Assembly (NCBI GenBank): GCA_964016885.1
Contig: CAXHJY010000443.1
Coordinates: 62,001 to 126,000 of the forward strand
Direction: 5' to 3'
DNA length: 64,000 nucleotides
Source: Eledone cirrhosa
Taxonomy: Eukaryota
Shown: piece by piece, positions 50,443 to 63,895 of the stretch
Layout: each line of letters starts with the position of its first letter
How positions within the stretch are numbered: position 1 is the stretch's first letter
Made by a program: the position numbers and the translations under genes
Notes under the pieces: generated by a model
What the model was told of the DNA's origin: nothing
What the model saw: the letters and a program-made list of their open reading frames with translations, nothing else
The model's database searches: none

Positions 50443-50790
50443 CAATGGAAGTTCGTTTCACAAACTTAATTTGTCCTGAAGGCTGTTCGTCATCCAAAAT
50501 CTTTGTAAACCGAAACTGTATTTCTCTCTCAACATTTCATATGGGAAAAATAGTGAGAGAGAAAGAGAGAGACTGTGTGTGAAAGATAGATAAATATCAC
50601 TATAGTAACTAACTACATAGCAAGTGATGCTTTCCTGCTGATACTCCCAGCTTGTCGCCAACTGTTGTTGCCAGCTTGCATGTTCGTTACTTGAGACACC
50701 ATTCATCACCTAAGATGTATTATGTTCAGAAAAATTGTTCATGAAGGGCTTGTTCGTGATGAGAGACGTTTATGAACCAAGGTTCCACAG
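50443..50790. mobile_element. Tigger/pogo-like MITE, 65 bp from a CNNM splice acceptor
   Basis: TA flanks; ends caatggaagttcgtttcacaaac and gtttatgaaccaaggttccacag. Confidence 0.6.
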
Positions 50791-50814
50791 TAGCAATATT
50801 TAACCTTTTTTAAT

Positions 50815-51200
50815 ATGAATCATTGTTGACAATACCAAAGCTTTAGATGGTTGCTACACAAGAATGCTAAGAATTATAAAAAACATCAAACCTCTTGACA
50901 AACAAAATTTTCTATGGCAACCTCCCATCCATTAGCGATACCATCCATATCAGCATCTTCAACTTGCAGGTCGTGTCATGAGAGGCAACAAACCTGCTTC
51001 AAAACATTTACTATGGGAGCACACTAATGTGAAACGCAAATGTGTAAGACCTCTCAATACATTAAAGAGAGTCATTAGGAAGATACAGAATTATCTGGTG
51101 AAGAACTGAGGCAGTTAATGCTGGATTGTTTATCATATCACCACAAAGAAGTGGATGAATTTTGTAGTAGTAGCAATATGAACCTGCATGAGGCGACCTC
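50815..51200 (+). mobile_element. Decayed RTE/RTEX-like LINE 3' fragment (different family)
   Basis: KALDGCYTRMLRII...YGNLPSISDTI...LQLAGRVMRGNKPASKHLLW with frameshifts. Confidence 0.65.
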
Positions 51201-51779
51201 TTATTATTTCATAGAAAACTGTTTTAAAGAGTTCATATTTTAATTCAAACCTTTCATCATAATTTTTAAGCAGTTTTTGTTAAAGTTTTAACATTTTTTA
51301 TACCAAACCTGCTGAAATCGTCCCTGGTTCTGTGATAAAAAAAACTGCTTGCTTGGTTATGTTCCAAACACCAGTGTTAAAATGAGAAAGTTCCTTGTAT
51401 TACTTAATTATTTTCAAAATTATTTGAAAATCATAGGTAGTGTTTGTTTATTATAAATATGATAACAAAATGGTTAATGTTAATGTTCTTTAAAACCATT
51501 ATTTTTTGTACTTTGTATAGTTGGCACATAATCATTCTCAGCCCACTGCAAGGTGAAGGCATTCCCAAGCAGGTACCAACTATTACTATCCTATACTACT
51601 TTCGTGCATGTAATATCTATAAATCTATCAATCTTATTCTCTGTCTTTTTGTGACATCCCCAATCTCAAAGACAAGAGTATTTTGTTGTTTCCTATAGAT
51701 TTTAATGTAGGAAATTCACAGGGGTAGTTAAAAGTAAGAGTCCCAGTGTAAAAAACTTTCTCCAATCTTAAGAAAGCTT

Positions 51780-52380
51780 CATAAAAGTAGTTGATAGCAT
51801 GTGTTACCTAGATGACTGAATTAGCAGTGGAGGAGGTTTCTCAGAAAGTATAGTTGCTAGAATAACAACAGGATGAAAAAAGTTCAGAGATCTACTGCTT
51901 CTGTTGACAACAAAAGGTTCTCTCTACAAACAAAAGGATGCTATATGATGTCTGCGTGTGATGTATGATATTGCATGGAAGTGAAACATGGGCAGTAAAG
52001 TAAATGCTGAGGCTGGAGAGAAAGGAAGCAAGCATGTATGATGGATATGTGATATCAATATGCTTGAATGGCAAAGCATGGATGGGCTGAGAGAAAAATT
52101 GGGTATAAGAGGAATCAATTGTAGCTTGCAAGAGAGAAGACGCATGTGATGTGTACGGATGATGATGTGGAAGTGAAGAAGAGCCAGGAGTTTCTAATAC
52201 GAGGTAGCTGCTGTAGAGGAAGACCAAGGAGTATTTGGGAAGAAGTGGTGAAATCGGATCTCAAAACACTGAACCTGACAGCTGACATGACGAAAGAACT
52301 ACATAGATGGAGGGAAGCTGTGCTGGAAAAGCCATGCACGTATGGAAAAGCAGACTTAAATAGATTATGATGATAATGAT
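51780..52380 (+). mobile_element. Decayed RTE 3' fragment (another at ~36530-36900 +)
   Basis: LHGSETWA..., RGRPRSIWEEVVKSDL (ORF 52146..52370). Confidence 0.8.
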
Positions 52381-53074
52381 CTGTGAACATATGGTAAGGA
52401 TTTAAGTTTATGATTTATGAACTGAAACAAGTTTGTGTGCTATAAGAAAAAGTAAGTTCTGAAATTTTCCAGTAGAATCTTTCTTCAAAGGAATGAAATG
52501 CGTATTAGAAGGCTGTGAATGAAGTATAAGAAAAAATAGTACACTGAGAAAATTTACAGGATTTTAAAAAATGAAGGGAGAATGAAGGTAAGACATTCGA
52601 AGAATCTGTAATTCATTTAATTTATTAATTTATTATTTGACTGACCCGAATTTTGCTGGTCGTTTTTTTCGGCTGTGCGAATGATTTTAGGCATCGTCTC
52701 TATGTGTTGGTACTTTAACGATAGTTATAGCTCTGGTTCATCCAAACTATTGAGCCCTCTGCCACACATGTCGAAGATTGTTTATCGTTATTTCGTGGGC
52801 CGAGATTCTGATTCTCGATTATTTACTTATATATATACATACAAATATGACACACATACATGTATATGTACCACATAGGGGGAGATAATGCAAAGAGTTT
52901 AGGAAATTAGGTTAATGTTTAGTATAAGATTCAACCTAACACAGAAGTATATGCATAAACATACACTTAGCACATATGTATACATACATAAATACATCTA
53001 TACACATACATGAATATGCATAGTCACATGTGCTAATGCATGTACACAATATGAGAGGTGCATAATGGAGATGG

Positions 53075-53325
53075 AAGGCATATGGTAGTAAGGGTGTTTG
53101 TTGGACTTATGATCATAATGTTGTGGGTTCGATTCCTGGACTGGGTTGTGTATTATGTTCTTCAGCAAAACACTCCATTACATGTTGCTCCAGTATACTC
53201 AGCTAAAAATGCGATGGACTAGTGCCCTGTCTGGGGAGGTGGGTCATGTACTCACAGTCGCTTCAGGCTTCAGAAACAGGGATAAGCACCAGCTTGATGA
53301 GCCTCTGGGCTTGAGACAGACATTA
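53075..53325 (+). mobile_element. tRNA SINE with CORE-like plus Meta-like domain (second copy ~23720-23960)
   Basis: B box ggttcgattcc, then gcgatggactagtgccctgtctggggagg...cagtcgcttcaggcttcagaaacagggataagc..gatgagcc, which resembles the MetaSINE conserved domain as I recall it. Confidence 0.55.
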
Positions 53326-54456
53326 GATAATGGAGATGGTTACCACTTCTCTCTTCCACAGCTAAACCTCTTCTTTTCTTAACCATCTCCTTTCTCACTC
53401 ACCTACTGTATGTAGTGCTTATATGTCTATACATATATTTGTGTGTCAGTGTTATTTTTTATTATAAAAATCAAGTACTTCCTGTTTTTTTTGTTTTAAT
53501 CCTTTTAACTGTTTCCCCTCTTATGCTTGTTTATGTAAGCATATGTACATATGTGTTATATACTACTAGAGGGAGTCTTTGTTTACTAATTGTTTGGATA
53601 ATTTCAGTTGATGAAAACTTTTCTACTCAGATTTGTGAAACCTTGATTTATGTACAAATGCGTGTGTCATTGTACATCAATGCATCACATCATAATCATC
53701 ATTTAATGTTCATTTTCCCTGCTAGCAAGGATTGGATGGGCCAGTTGTCACAGACCGAGTTAGTACTCAAACAAAGCTATTGACCTCACAGATGGGCCAG
53801 GGGCCTGCATCTCGCTTGATTGAGAGTTCCCATTCTCTATCAAATGAATTATATCATGACACCAGCACTAGGGAGGTTGCTATGTCTTTGACACAGCTGA
53901 AGCGTCCTCCCAACCCTTTGTTTGGAAAGTTTTCTACAACTGGATGCCCTTCATATCACTGGCCACTTAACAGTGTGTTCTAGGTGCATTTATCATGTAG
54001 ATCACCAACTCCAGAGAGGATGTATTTGACACAACTCAAGAAACCTCCTGACTGGGTATATCTACTGTGTAGATCACCAACATTAGGGAGGTTGTCATGT
54101 CTTGTGTATGTATATATAAAACAAAATATTCTTCCAATGTTTTACTTTCACTCACCCCATATATTTTGCTTTAGTACTAAGTCCAGTGAACTACCACCTA
54201 CTTTATACCTGGTCACTTCCATATCTTCCTACATATATTCTTTTTACAATCAATTTTTTCAAAACCATCTGACACACATATTTCTTCTCGGCAATGCCAT
54301 GTCTAAAAACATCAGAACTCACCACTCCTTGCATGAGCTTATCTTATTCTAAAAATATTATCTGCTTTTAACTAATGCAAATCACAATTAGTTTGCCTGA
54401 GCTCTAGTGATTTTCTATAACATCTTAAAGTTGACCTTTAGCTCTCAATCAGTATG

Positions 54457-55470
54457 TCATCATCATACGTCCGCTTTTCCCTGCTTGCAAGGGTGGGACG
54501 GGTCCTATTCAGCACAGCATCTCTCCACTTATCACGGTCCTTCATCATCTCCTCCGTGAGCTTCAGCGATCTGAGGTCTGCTCTCACCACCTCTGCTCAT
54601 GTTTTTCGTTATCTTCCTCTACTGTGTCTTCCTTCTACTGGGATTTCTTGGCACTTCTTTACCCAGCAGTTATCCTCCATGCACATCACATGTCCATACC
54701 ATCTCAGTCTTCTCTCCCACACACTACAACTTATCCCTCTTATACACAGTTTCTCTCTCAACTCATCTATGCTTGGTTGTTCACACACATTGACATTGCA
54801 CATCCAACGGAGCATGCTTGCTTCATTTCTCTCCAGCTGTCGCATATCCTCTGCAGTTGCTGCCCATGTCTCACTACCAAGCAGCATCGTGCTCCTCACA
54901 CAGGCATCATATAACCGGCCTTTCGTACGCAGGGAGAAACCCTTCTTTGTCAGCAGAGGAAGCAGCTCCCTAAACTTCTTTCAACCCGTCCTTATTCTAG
55001 ATACTATGGCCTTGGAACACCCTCCCTCCCATGCTAATCTGATCACCTAGGTACCGGAAGCTATCAACCACTTCTATAGAACCCACCTGCATTTGAAAAA
55101 TGTGTCTATCGCTGCAATTTCTACTGTCAAATTTCTCTGTACATCTACTGCATACATAGTTTTCCATACCTGTTAGGTTGCCTGCTATCCCACTACATCT
55201 CTTGTGTACCCAAGATCTGCATTGTGTACATTTATAGAATTTATGCCAGTTCCTTTTCTACATATCGAACATGGTCATTTCCCTGATGGAATCAGGTTTT
55301 GTCCTCTTTTCTACTTATCAACACTTTTGTCTTAGCTATGTTCACTCTCAGTCCTCATAACTGCTGTTTCCATAACCAGAATTTATTCTCTAGCTCCTCT
55401 ACTGATTCTGCTATAAGAACCAGATCGTCAGCATAGAGAAGTTCCCATGGGCAGCCAGTCTTAAATTCAA
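54457..55470 (-). mobile_element. RTE-clade LINE 3' fragment (RT C-terminal part, Cys-rich insert, C-terminus)
   Basis: PWELLYADDLVL (YADD at 55424-55435); MLLGSETWA...LERNEASMLRWMC...RRLRWYGHV...; (ATG)n tail. Confidence 0.9.
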
Positions 55471-55509
55471 AAAACTGCCTGAACAATAAGAGTGGGGGAA
55501 ACCAATTCA

Positions 55510-55975
55510 ACAGTATGATTTATGATAATGGGTAGATTGTATGATGCCTGCATGAGGAGTGCAATGATGCATAGCAGTGAGAAGTGGGTGGTAAATGCAG
55601 AGGATATGTAGTGGCTGGAGAAAAATGTAGTAGGCATGTAGTGCAATGTTAGTGTGCATGAACAGCAGGGCTTGGATGAACTGGGAATAAAACTGGATAT
55701 AGGAGGAATCAGATGTAGTGTGTAAGAGGGAAAACTGCACTGGTATGGACATGTGATGCATAAAGATGATGCCTGTTGGGTGAAGAAATGTCAGCAAGTG
55801 GAAAGAAGCAGAGGAAGACTGAGGAAAACTTAGGCAGAGGTGATTGGAGCAGATCTCCACAGAAAAGATGATAACGGAATGCAACAATTGGAGTGTGGCT
55901 GCCCTAGAGAAACCTTGTCCAACCCAGCAAGCATGGCAGAGTGGGTGAAAAATAATAATGATAATTATGATGATA
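55510..55975 (+). mobile_element. Decayed RTE 3' fragment, inverted relative to 54457-55470
   Basis: Homologous SETW/LHWYGHV/W..VI.ADL segments with frameshifts. Confidence 0.75.
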
Positions 55976-56154
55976 ATTGTCAGTATCTAAGTTAAAGTGG
56001 ATCCTAACAGGAAGGAATCTCAATATTTTGAGCCAAGATGTGCAAGCATTCTTGAGAAAAGAAAACGGTAAAAACATTTAAAGATTTTTCTCTGAGGAAC
56101 TAGCAAACATTTTGACATTGGAAAACAGTTCAAAGAAAAATATTATGAAATAAC

Positions 56155-56316
56155 CTTGCAAAATAAGGACAAAAAAGTCACATGGCTGTCCTTCTCTGAA
56201 GAGGTAGTTGGTTTCGTCATCATCTTGATTCACACAAGTTTCTCGCATCACCTGCTCTTTCAAGAGACGTTTTAACACAGATTCTGATACATATTCTTCT
56301 TTGAAAGGTTCAACAC
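56155..56316 (-). CDS. CNNM: CNNM coding exon, start of cyclic-nucleotide-binding homology (CNBH) domain
   Basis: 162 nt with an AG acceptor after a pyrimidine-rich tract and a GT donor, phase 1-1. Translates VEPFKEEYVSESVLKRLLKEQVMRETCVNQDDDETNYLFREGQPCDFFVLILQG, matching the CNNM motifs SE.IL.RLLK and DYFVLILQG. Confidence 0.93.
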
Positions 56317-56950
56317 CTACAAATGATAGAAGAAAAAAGAATATAAATGACAAAGATACAAAAATATTTATCAATTCGATGGATTTGCAATATAATTTTT
56401 CCATACATTTTAATCTTTTTACACCTCAACATTCTTAGAGCTGTAGAAAACCTGCTGAATAATGGGTTAGTAAGACTCTTCTGTTGAGTCAAAGATATGA
56501 CAACCTCCCTAGTTTTAGTGATCTACATGATAAAAACATCTAGTACACTCTGTAAAATGGTTGGTAATAGGAAGGGCACCCAGCTGAAGAAAACCTACTA
56601 AACAAAGGGTTAAGAGGACTCTTTAACTGTGTCAAAAACAGAACAATTTCCCTAGTGCTAGTGCCATTACAAAATGCACATGGTAGAGTATGGGAACGAA
56701 TATAAGGGGAATGTGAGCCCCCGACCCATCTGAGTATTTGGTAGAGTAGGGAAACATATAAAAGAGATTCAGATCTTCACACCATCTGAGTAGTCGGTAA
56801 CTCCACATGGGTTTGTGACAATCTGTCCAACCATTGCTAATTGGAAGAACAGATGTTAAATGAGGATGACTTATTTACTTATTCCTAAATCTTCTTTGAT
56901 CCCTCTATATCTTTAGCATTTTTTATTGTATGTGATAGCCATAATAATGA

Positions 56951-57164
56951 TTTCTAGTATAGGCACAAGGCCAGTAACATTGGGGGAGGGGAAAATCGAT
57001 TAAATCGACCCAGTACGTTACTGGTACTTTATTTTATTAACCCTGTAAGGAAGAAAAGCAAAGTTAACCTCGGAGGAATTTGAACTCAGACCGTAAAGGG
57101 CCGTAACTCTATGCTGCAAAGCATGGTGTCCGACTCTCTACCGATACTGCCAATCCACCACCCT
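56951..57164 (-). mobile_element. Full-length Nin/Deu-type SINE with 20 bp target-site duplication
   Basis: TGTGATAGCCATAATAATGA at 56931-56950 and 57165-57184 flanks a complete copy. Further copies lie at about 27818-28001, 34395-34550, 38775-38900, 39572-39751, 49105-49280 (+) and 63275-63385. Confidence 0.9.
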
Positions 57165-57942
57165 TGTGATAGCCATAATAATGAAGGCATCAGCCCTGTA
57201 TACAACATACAATGTCATTAATGCTTATTTACTTTCAAAAGTGACATCACAGGACCAAAATTAAATTACACAATTTTAATTCAACTGCTGCAAATCTTAT
57301 CCTATCACTGTCCATACCTCATTGCCATACATATAACATCACATCATACTTCCTATACATGACTAATAAGACGCTTTTCAAACAGTCAGAGTAATCTAAT
57401 AAATTGTTCTCAAAACTTCTTTGATCTTATTTACAGTGTGATTAGAAAATTGCTTGTTTTGAAATTATAGCCATTTTCATTGTTAGCTGCTGCAATCTGC
57501 TTGATGTGCTGGTTTCCTGTCATTCAACACCCTTTAAATACCTGTTATTTACACTAACAAGACAATATAAAAAGTCGTCGGTTTAGCAGTCATTTGTGTG
57601 TTGTATATTTGTTCTATGTTTCCAGGTCCACTTTACTTTTCCTCCTTTCAGGGTTGATAGAGAAAGTACCAGCCCAGTACTGGTGCATCTCTCTCTCTTT
57701 ACAACTGTCACATCCTGGATGTTCGGGATGTTCTGTTAGATCAAAAGAGGGAGGGTTAAGAGGGTGTCTATGTCTGCACGTAACTGTATGGGCACCTAAA
57801 ACCCTTCACAAAAGCATGGTATATACTACCAAGTAATACTCGATTGCCAGTGACAGCTGTCATTTCCATTCCACACAATATAAACATTTTGCTTGCTTCT
57901 GCCAGCATATTGAGCATCATCACATTCCACATTGCAATGAGC

Positions 57943-58380
57943 TTTTCATCATCATCATCATCATTATTATTGTTCTTATGTCTGTTTTTCCATGCTTGCA
58001 ATGGGTTAGATGGGTCCTTTTCAGAACAATATCTCTCCACTTACAGCATTCCTTTGCCATCTCCTTTGTGAGTCTCAGCAATTTCAGATCAGCTCTCACC
58101 ACCTCTGCCCAAGTCTTCTTTGGACTACCTCTACTGTGGCTTCCCTCCACTGGGATTTCCTGGCACTTCTTCACCTAGTGATGATCATCCATGCACATCA
58201 TATATCCATACCAACGCAGTCTTCTCTCTTGCACACCACTTCAGATTCCTCTTAAGCCCAGTTTCTCCCTCAGTACATCCAAGCTTTGCCTTTCTCTTAC
58301 ATTTACATTGCACATCCAACAAAGCATGGTTGCTCCACGTCTCTCCAGCCTACTCATGTCCTCTGCAGTCACTGCAGCAA
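57943..58380 (-). mobile_element. RTE 3' fragment
   Basis: KKCQEIPVEGSHSRGSPKKTWAEVVRADLKLL (ORF 57920..58174), homologous to 54457-54860. Confidence 0.85.
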
Positions 58381-58849
58381 TGCACATTGCAAGCTCTTAT
58401 GTAATATATTTCATTTGCAGTTCTTTGACAAAGTCTTTAAGTTTATAAATAGGTGTACAAAAGTTCAAATCTTCAAATTTATAATTGTCTCAATGATCAG
58501 AGCTTTGATGAACATTTATTTGTATAGTAAATTCTATATTGTGGTATCTATCAAAATGTAGCACACTAAAACAAACTCTAAATTACTCCTTAACCTATTT
58601 ATTCATACTACATTTTTTTCTTTGCCCATATAAGAATGGAATGTCCAAGTGTTCAAATAAATTGTAAATTTCTGAATATATGAGAGTTATTTTGTCTTTT
58701 GATGATAAGTAATTCATTTGTTACTCAACATTTAACTCTTTTGATACCAAACCACCCCAGGTTCTATGATACAAAGATATATATTTCAAAATGTTTATAT
58801 CTATCTAAATGCCTGCCATTATAATTTCATGTAAGAAACTTTATCAAGT

Positions 58850-59560
58850 CATGATAACTTCAGTACATCCTCTTTTCCAAAGTGGATTAGTTCAAATTTA
58901 TCCTTGTTCAGTAGCATATTGCTTTTTACAGCCCATTGGATAACAGCAAGTAGATCTAATTGAAGACATGTCCGGTCTCTCACACCATTGATGACCTTCT
59001 GGAGCTTAGAATCATCTGTGAAGATTCTTGTTGCTGTGCTTGATGACGTTGGTAATGTTGTTGATGTAAATAATGAAGAGAAGTGAATCCAACACAGTGC
59101 CTTGTGGGATGCCACTACTGACTTTGGCTGAGCTTGATTGTATTCCTTTAACTACAACATGTTGGTCTCTGTTTGGCAGGAAACACTTGATCTACTGCAG
59201 TAACTTTCCAGAGACACCAATGTTGGATAGTTTTTTCAACAGGATATTGTGATCAACCCTGTCAAAAGCCTTTCTAAAATCAAGGTATATGACATCAGTG
59301 CTGGAGCCCTCTCCCAAAGTTCTTAAAATGTCATCAAAGTTATACAGAAGCTGTGTTAGGCAGTCCTCGCCATTACAGAACCCATGTTGGTTGGAGTTCT
59401 GAATATTGTTGCTTTCAAGGAAGTGAGTTATTCATGATCTCATCACCCTCTCAAATACCTTAATGATATGAGAGGTGACTGAGATCAGAGGGTAACTTAC
59501 TGCAAGGGTCTTGTTGTCTTTTTGAAAATAGGGATGACAGACTGAGAGAGAAAGTTTTCA
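58850..59560 (-). pseudogene. Decayed CR1-group LINE reverse transcriptase fragment
   Basis: NQHGF..., DVIYLDFRKAFDRVDH, SGIPQGTVL, IFTDDSKL, LQLDL...W...NMLLNKDK motifs. Confidence 0.85.
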
Positions 59561-59639
59561 TTATCTAGAGGAGATGCAAGTTGGTGTGGACACACCTTCA
59601 AGACACTAGCAGGGAACCTATTGGAGCCTACTGATGAGT

Positions 59640-60540
59640 TGTATTTAATTTTGTTTATTTCAACTAAGACATCAGGGGTGCCAAATGTGATTGCAGCATC
59701 ATTATCATCAAACCAGTCAGTGTGTTTTGTCTTCTTAAGACCAAGTACAACAACCCCAGCACTGTAAACATGTTTTAAACTGTTCCATCGAAGACAACGT
59801 TGTCAAGTACATTATGAAAAGCATATCGGATTTCTAAACTTGGCCGTTTGGACACATCTACATTTTGGCACTTGTACACCTGATGCCCCCCACTTCTCCT
59901 CTGATCTTCATTTTCATTTTATCACATACAAGTTTGTGGTCTGTACCACATTTTGCACCACACATTAATCTTACAGAGGAGATCTCTCTTCCTGGTGACG
60001 ATATAATCCAAGATGTTTAGATCTTTGTTTGGATCTTGGGTGTATCTGTGTTGCCTTGTGGATCTCATTTAGCTGAAAAAAAGTATTGCACATGACCAGC
60101 TCAAACTTAGTGCATAATTGCAAAAGGAGAAGACCATTGGCATTCATCTTGCTCATGCCATGACATCCTAAAACACTCCAGATGTGGTCATCCTTTCCCA
60201 TATGTGCATTGAAATCTCCAAGAATCAAGATCTTGTCCAAATGTGGAATCGATGTTATACACCCTCGTAAATCTTGGTAAAAAGCCATGAGTCATGAAAT
60301 GTCTCTTTGAAAGAGGAACTCCTATATGCATAATTCGATCACTAATGTCGTGTGGTTGCTCCAACCACTTTGTGACCTCTCTCAGGACAGCGAAACCTAC
60401 TGCTCCATTCCTTGTCTCCCCAATCAGTTTCAGCAGATAGCTGACCAGCTTGATGGTGGAACAGAATGTATGGGTCACTTTTCTAGACCCCTCCAAAGAT
60501 CTGGGTGAGCAGTGTTCTCCTTTGAAAACTAACAATGTCA
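59640..60540 (-). pseudogene. Decayed AP-endonuclease region of an RTE-clade LINE
   Basis: GVGFAV-like, ISDRIM, FYQDL, DKILILGDFNAHMG, NANGLLLLQLC...CNTFF...HPRSK motifs (ORFs 59971..60288 and 60188..60541). Confidence 0.85.
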
Positions 60541-61266
60541 TTAGATAAACCTTAAATCCCCAGCATGTAGATTAGCAACTGTATACCTCTAACTCATTAG
60601 GCCTGTATATGTCGCTGCTTCTCCGTCACCTCAGGACTTTGAAGAGATATCTGCACAAGAAGATCAAAGCAGCATGTGCTTGTGCTACACAACATGCTGC
60701 TCTCTAAGTATCAACAGCAGAATCCAATGACAAGCAGATGCAAGATAATAGCTGTATCAACTGCAGGTTTTTCCAGAGTGTCCTTCTCACAGGAAATAAG
60801 GAAAAAAAGATTATGGGAAGCGGTATCAACCACAGATTTTTCCAGATAAATAAATAAATAAGATAAAATTAAATAAAAAAAAAAGATTTATTTAAAATTT
60901 TGTGTATACTTATATATGCATACACACACTTACAAACAAACTCCCACATATGCATATTTACACACCCGCACAATATATACATATGTACACACTATTGGAA
61001 GGCCATTGACTCTCATGATTTTCTCTGCCTTTTGTCAGGTTTTGTTTTTCACCTTCCTCACCAAGCAAGTTTGATGGGATTGACGGTTTAGTCGCTAATG
61101 ACCCAACCATGCGACAGGTTGTACTGGATTACATGCTAACAGTAGCACACAGGAGCAACCTGACATATACATATATATATATATACACACAGATATATAT
61201 GTACACACTGAAATATATATATACATATATATATATTATACATATATATATATATATTATATATAT

Positions 61267-61612
61267 ATGGAGGCACATGGCTTAGTGGTTAGAGCATTGG
61301 CCTTGCAATCGAAAGGTTGTGAGTTCAATTCTCAGACTGGGTGATGTGTTGTTTCCTTCAGCAAGACACTTTATTTCACATTGCTCCAGTTTACTCAGCT
61401 GTAGAAATGAGATGATAGGGACTGGGGTCCCTATCATTCCACTGCAAAGTGGTCGTGGAGGTGCCACGGCAAAAAAGCACCCAGCACTCACTGTAAATGA
61501 GGTTGGTGTTAGGAAGGGCATCCAGCTGTAGAAATCAAGCCAGAATCAGTTCCCATCCCACCCTTGCAAGCAGAGAAAAAGCGGACGTAAAATGAAATGA
61601 TGTTGATGATGA
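61267..61612 (+). mobile_element. CORE-type SINE copy
   Basis: Near-identical to 22677-23021. A related head with a different tail lies at about 61640-61898 (-). Confidence 0.85.
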
Positions 61613-61962
61613 TATATATACATATATATATATATATATCACCTTGATCACCTTGACCGACCAGTCTGTCGGGCGCCAATCTGCGCCGCTGGTCACAGCA
61701 CGTCGTGCTGTTTTAGCCATAAGATAACACCATCCTGGGTGGGCAGGCCGGTACTCATTTCTACAGTTGAGTAAACTGGAGCAACATGAAATAAAGTGTC
61801 TTGCTCAAGGAAACAACACATCACCTGGTCCAAGAATTGAACTCACAACCTTTCGATTGCAAACCCAATGCTCTAACCACTAAGCCATGCGCCTTCATAC
61901 ATATATATATACATATATACATACATATACATATAAACATACATACATATATAAACATATAT

Positions 61963-62571
61963 GGGGGCTGCCAACTCGTTTTCGAGTACGGCCACTACTT
62001 TATATCCATGTAGGAAAACCCCTACCGATGCGCTAAACAAGTGTGACTTTTTAGTCCAGCCAGCGACTTGAAAACTCTGGTACAAACACTACACCTGTGA
62101 CAATTACTGACACATAGTGCTGGGCCCATGGCACCATGTGACGACAAGTGCAGAGAGATCTCCAGATATAAAGCAATGCCTGTGCCGTGAAGCTTTTATA
62201 GTGAGCAAAGGCACTGCACAAAGCCAGTCCCACTCTCTTAACCAAGATGATATTTACCAAAAAGAAGAACAAGTCAACATCATTGGATACCATCAGGGTT
62301 GCAGGTGTTATATCAGAGTTTTCCTTCTCCTAGAATTCTGCCTTGACAAAGGCTAAGGGGTCATCTCTCCCGGTGATTTTGGATGGCCATTGACACTTAA
62401 GAGCTCCTTTGCTCTTTGACAGGTTTTGTTTTTAGTCCTGCAGGATGTCCAAAGTCACCCTCCTCACCAAGAAACCTTGGTGGGGTTGCCGGTTTAGTCG
62501 CCAACGACCCGACCATGAGACAGGTTGTACTGGGATACATGTTACCAGTAGCACCAATTGGTGACCTGACC
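61963..62571 (-). mobile_element. ~600 bp non-coding repeat resembling an RTE 5' UTR (non-autonomous derivative)
   Basis: Near-identical to 28451-28862 (+). Its 5' part matches 60995-61163, upstream of the RTE endonuclease remnant. Contains ctaggagaaggaaaactctga. Confidence 0.65.
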
Positions 62572-62957
62572 ATATAGATACATACATACATATATAAACA
62601 TATATAGATACATACATATATAAACATATATAGATACATACATATATAAACATATATAGATACATACATATATAAACATATATAGATACATACATATATA
62701 AACATATATAGATACATACATACATAAACATATATAGATACATACATATATAAACATATATAGATACATACATAAACATATATAGATACATACATAAACA
62801 TATATAGATACATACATATATAAACATATATAGATACATACATACATAAACATATATAGATACATACATAAACATATATAGATACATACATACATAAACA
62901 TATATAGATACATACATACATAAACATATATAGATACATACATACATAAACATATAT

Positions 62958-63012
<55 letters not shown>
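62572..63012. repeat. 22-26 bp minisatellite (AAACATATATAGATACATACAT..)n
   Basis: About 15 units visible. Confidence 0.9.
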
Positions 63013-63017
<5 letters not shown>

Positions 63018-63895
63018 CAGAATACAATTCTATGGCCCTCAAAGACAATGCTGCAGAGTGGAGTGGAGTGGAAACTTGCAGGAAACTATTGAAAATATGA
63101 TCATAATAATGCTGCTTTCTTAGACCTTAACACAATGATATTGCTCAAGCAAATCGACTACTTTGAATACAAGAGAAAACAACAACAAAATAATACACAT
63201 ATTCAAACCACTCAGAACTGCTTGGTTGTGCAGTAATAACAAACAATACATATAAGACTACTGAAATAATAACTGTTTCTAATATTGGCACAAGATCAGC
63301 AATTTGGGGGAAGAGAAAAACTGATTATATTGACCCCAGTACTTAACTGTTACTTTATTTTATTGACCCCAAAGGATGAAAGGTATTTTGGCCGACACTC
63401 TATTAAAATACTAATGATTTTTATCATAGGTAAGTCACGCATCTGTGGGGTCAGTATTCTGGTTAGATCAATCCCTTTAATTGATAGTACTTATTTCATT
63501 GGCTCCAGAAGGGTGAAAGGTGAAGTTAACCTTGTTGTGAGTTGAGCTCAGAAGGTAGCTAAAGAACAAACATATTTGGCCAATCCTCTACAAATGTGAA
63601 TAACAACAGCTGTCAGACACCTCAACAGCATATCTGATTTATAAACAGGTTTAAAAACAGTTTTATTAAAAGGTTTGCATTACAGCATCTTGCCATCAAC
63701 CTGATTCTGTCTCACTTTCTCATTGCAATGTTTGGTATTTTACCTTAAATTAACATTGTATAAACATAATGTTTATGAAAAATATACTTTTATCGATGTT
63801 TAACAAAAAAGCAATAGTAAAAGTTAAGACAGAATTATTTTTATCGTATGACACAACAAGAATTAAGAATGAAAGCCTGGTTAAATGACACTTAC

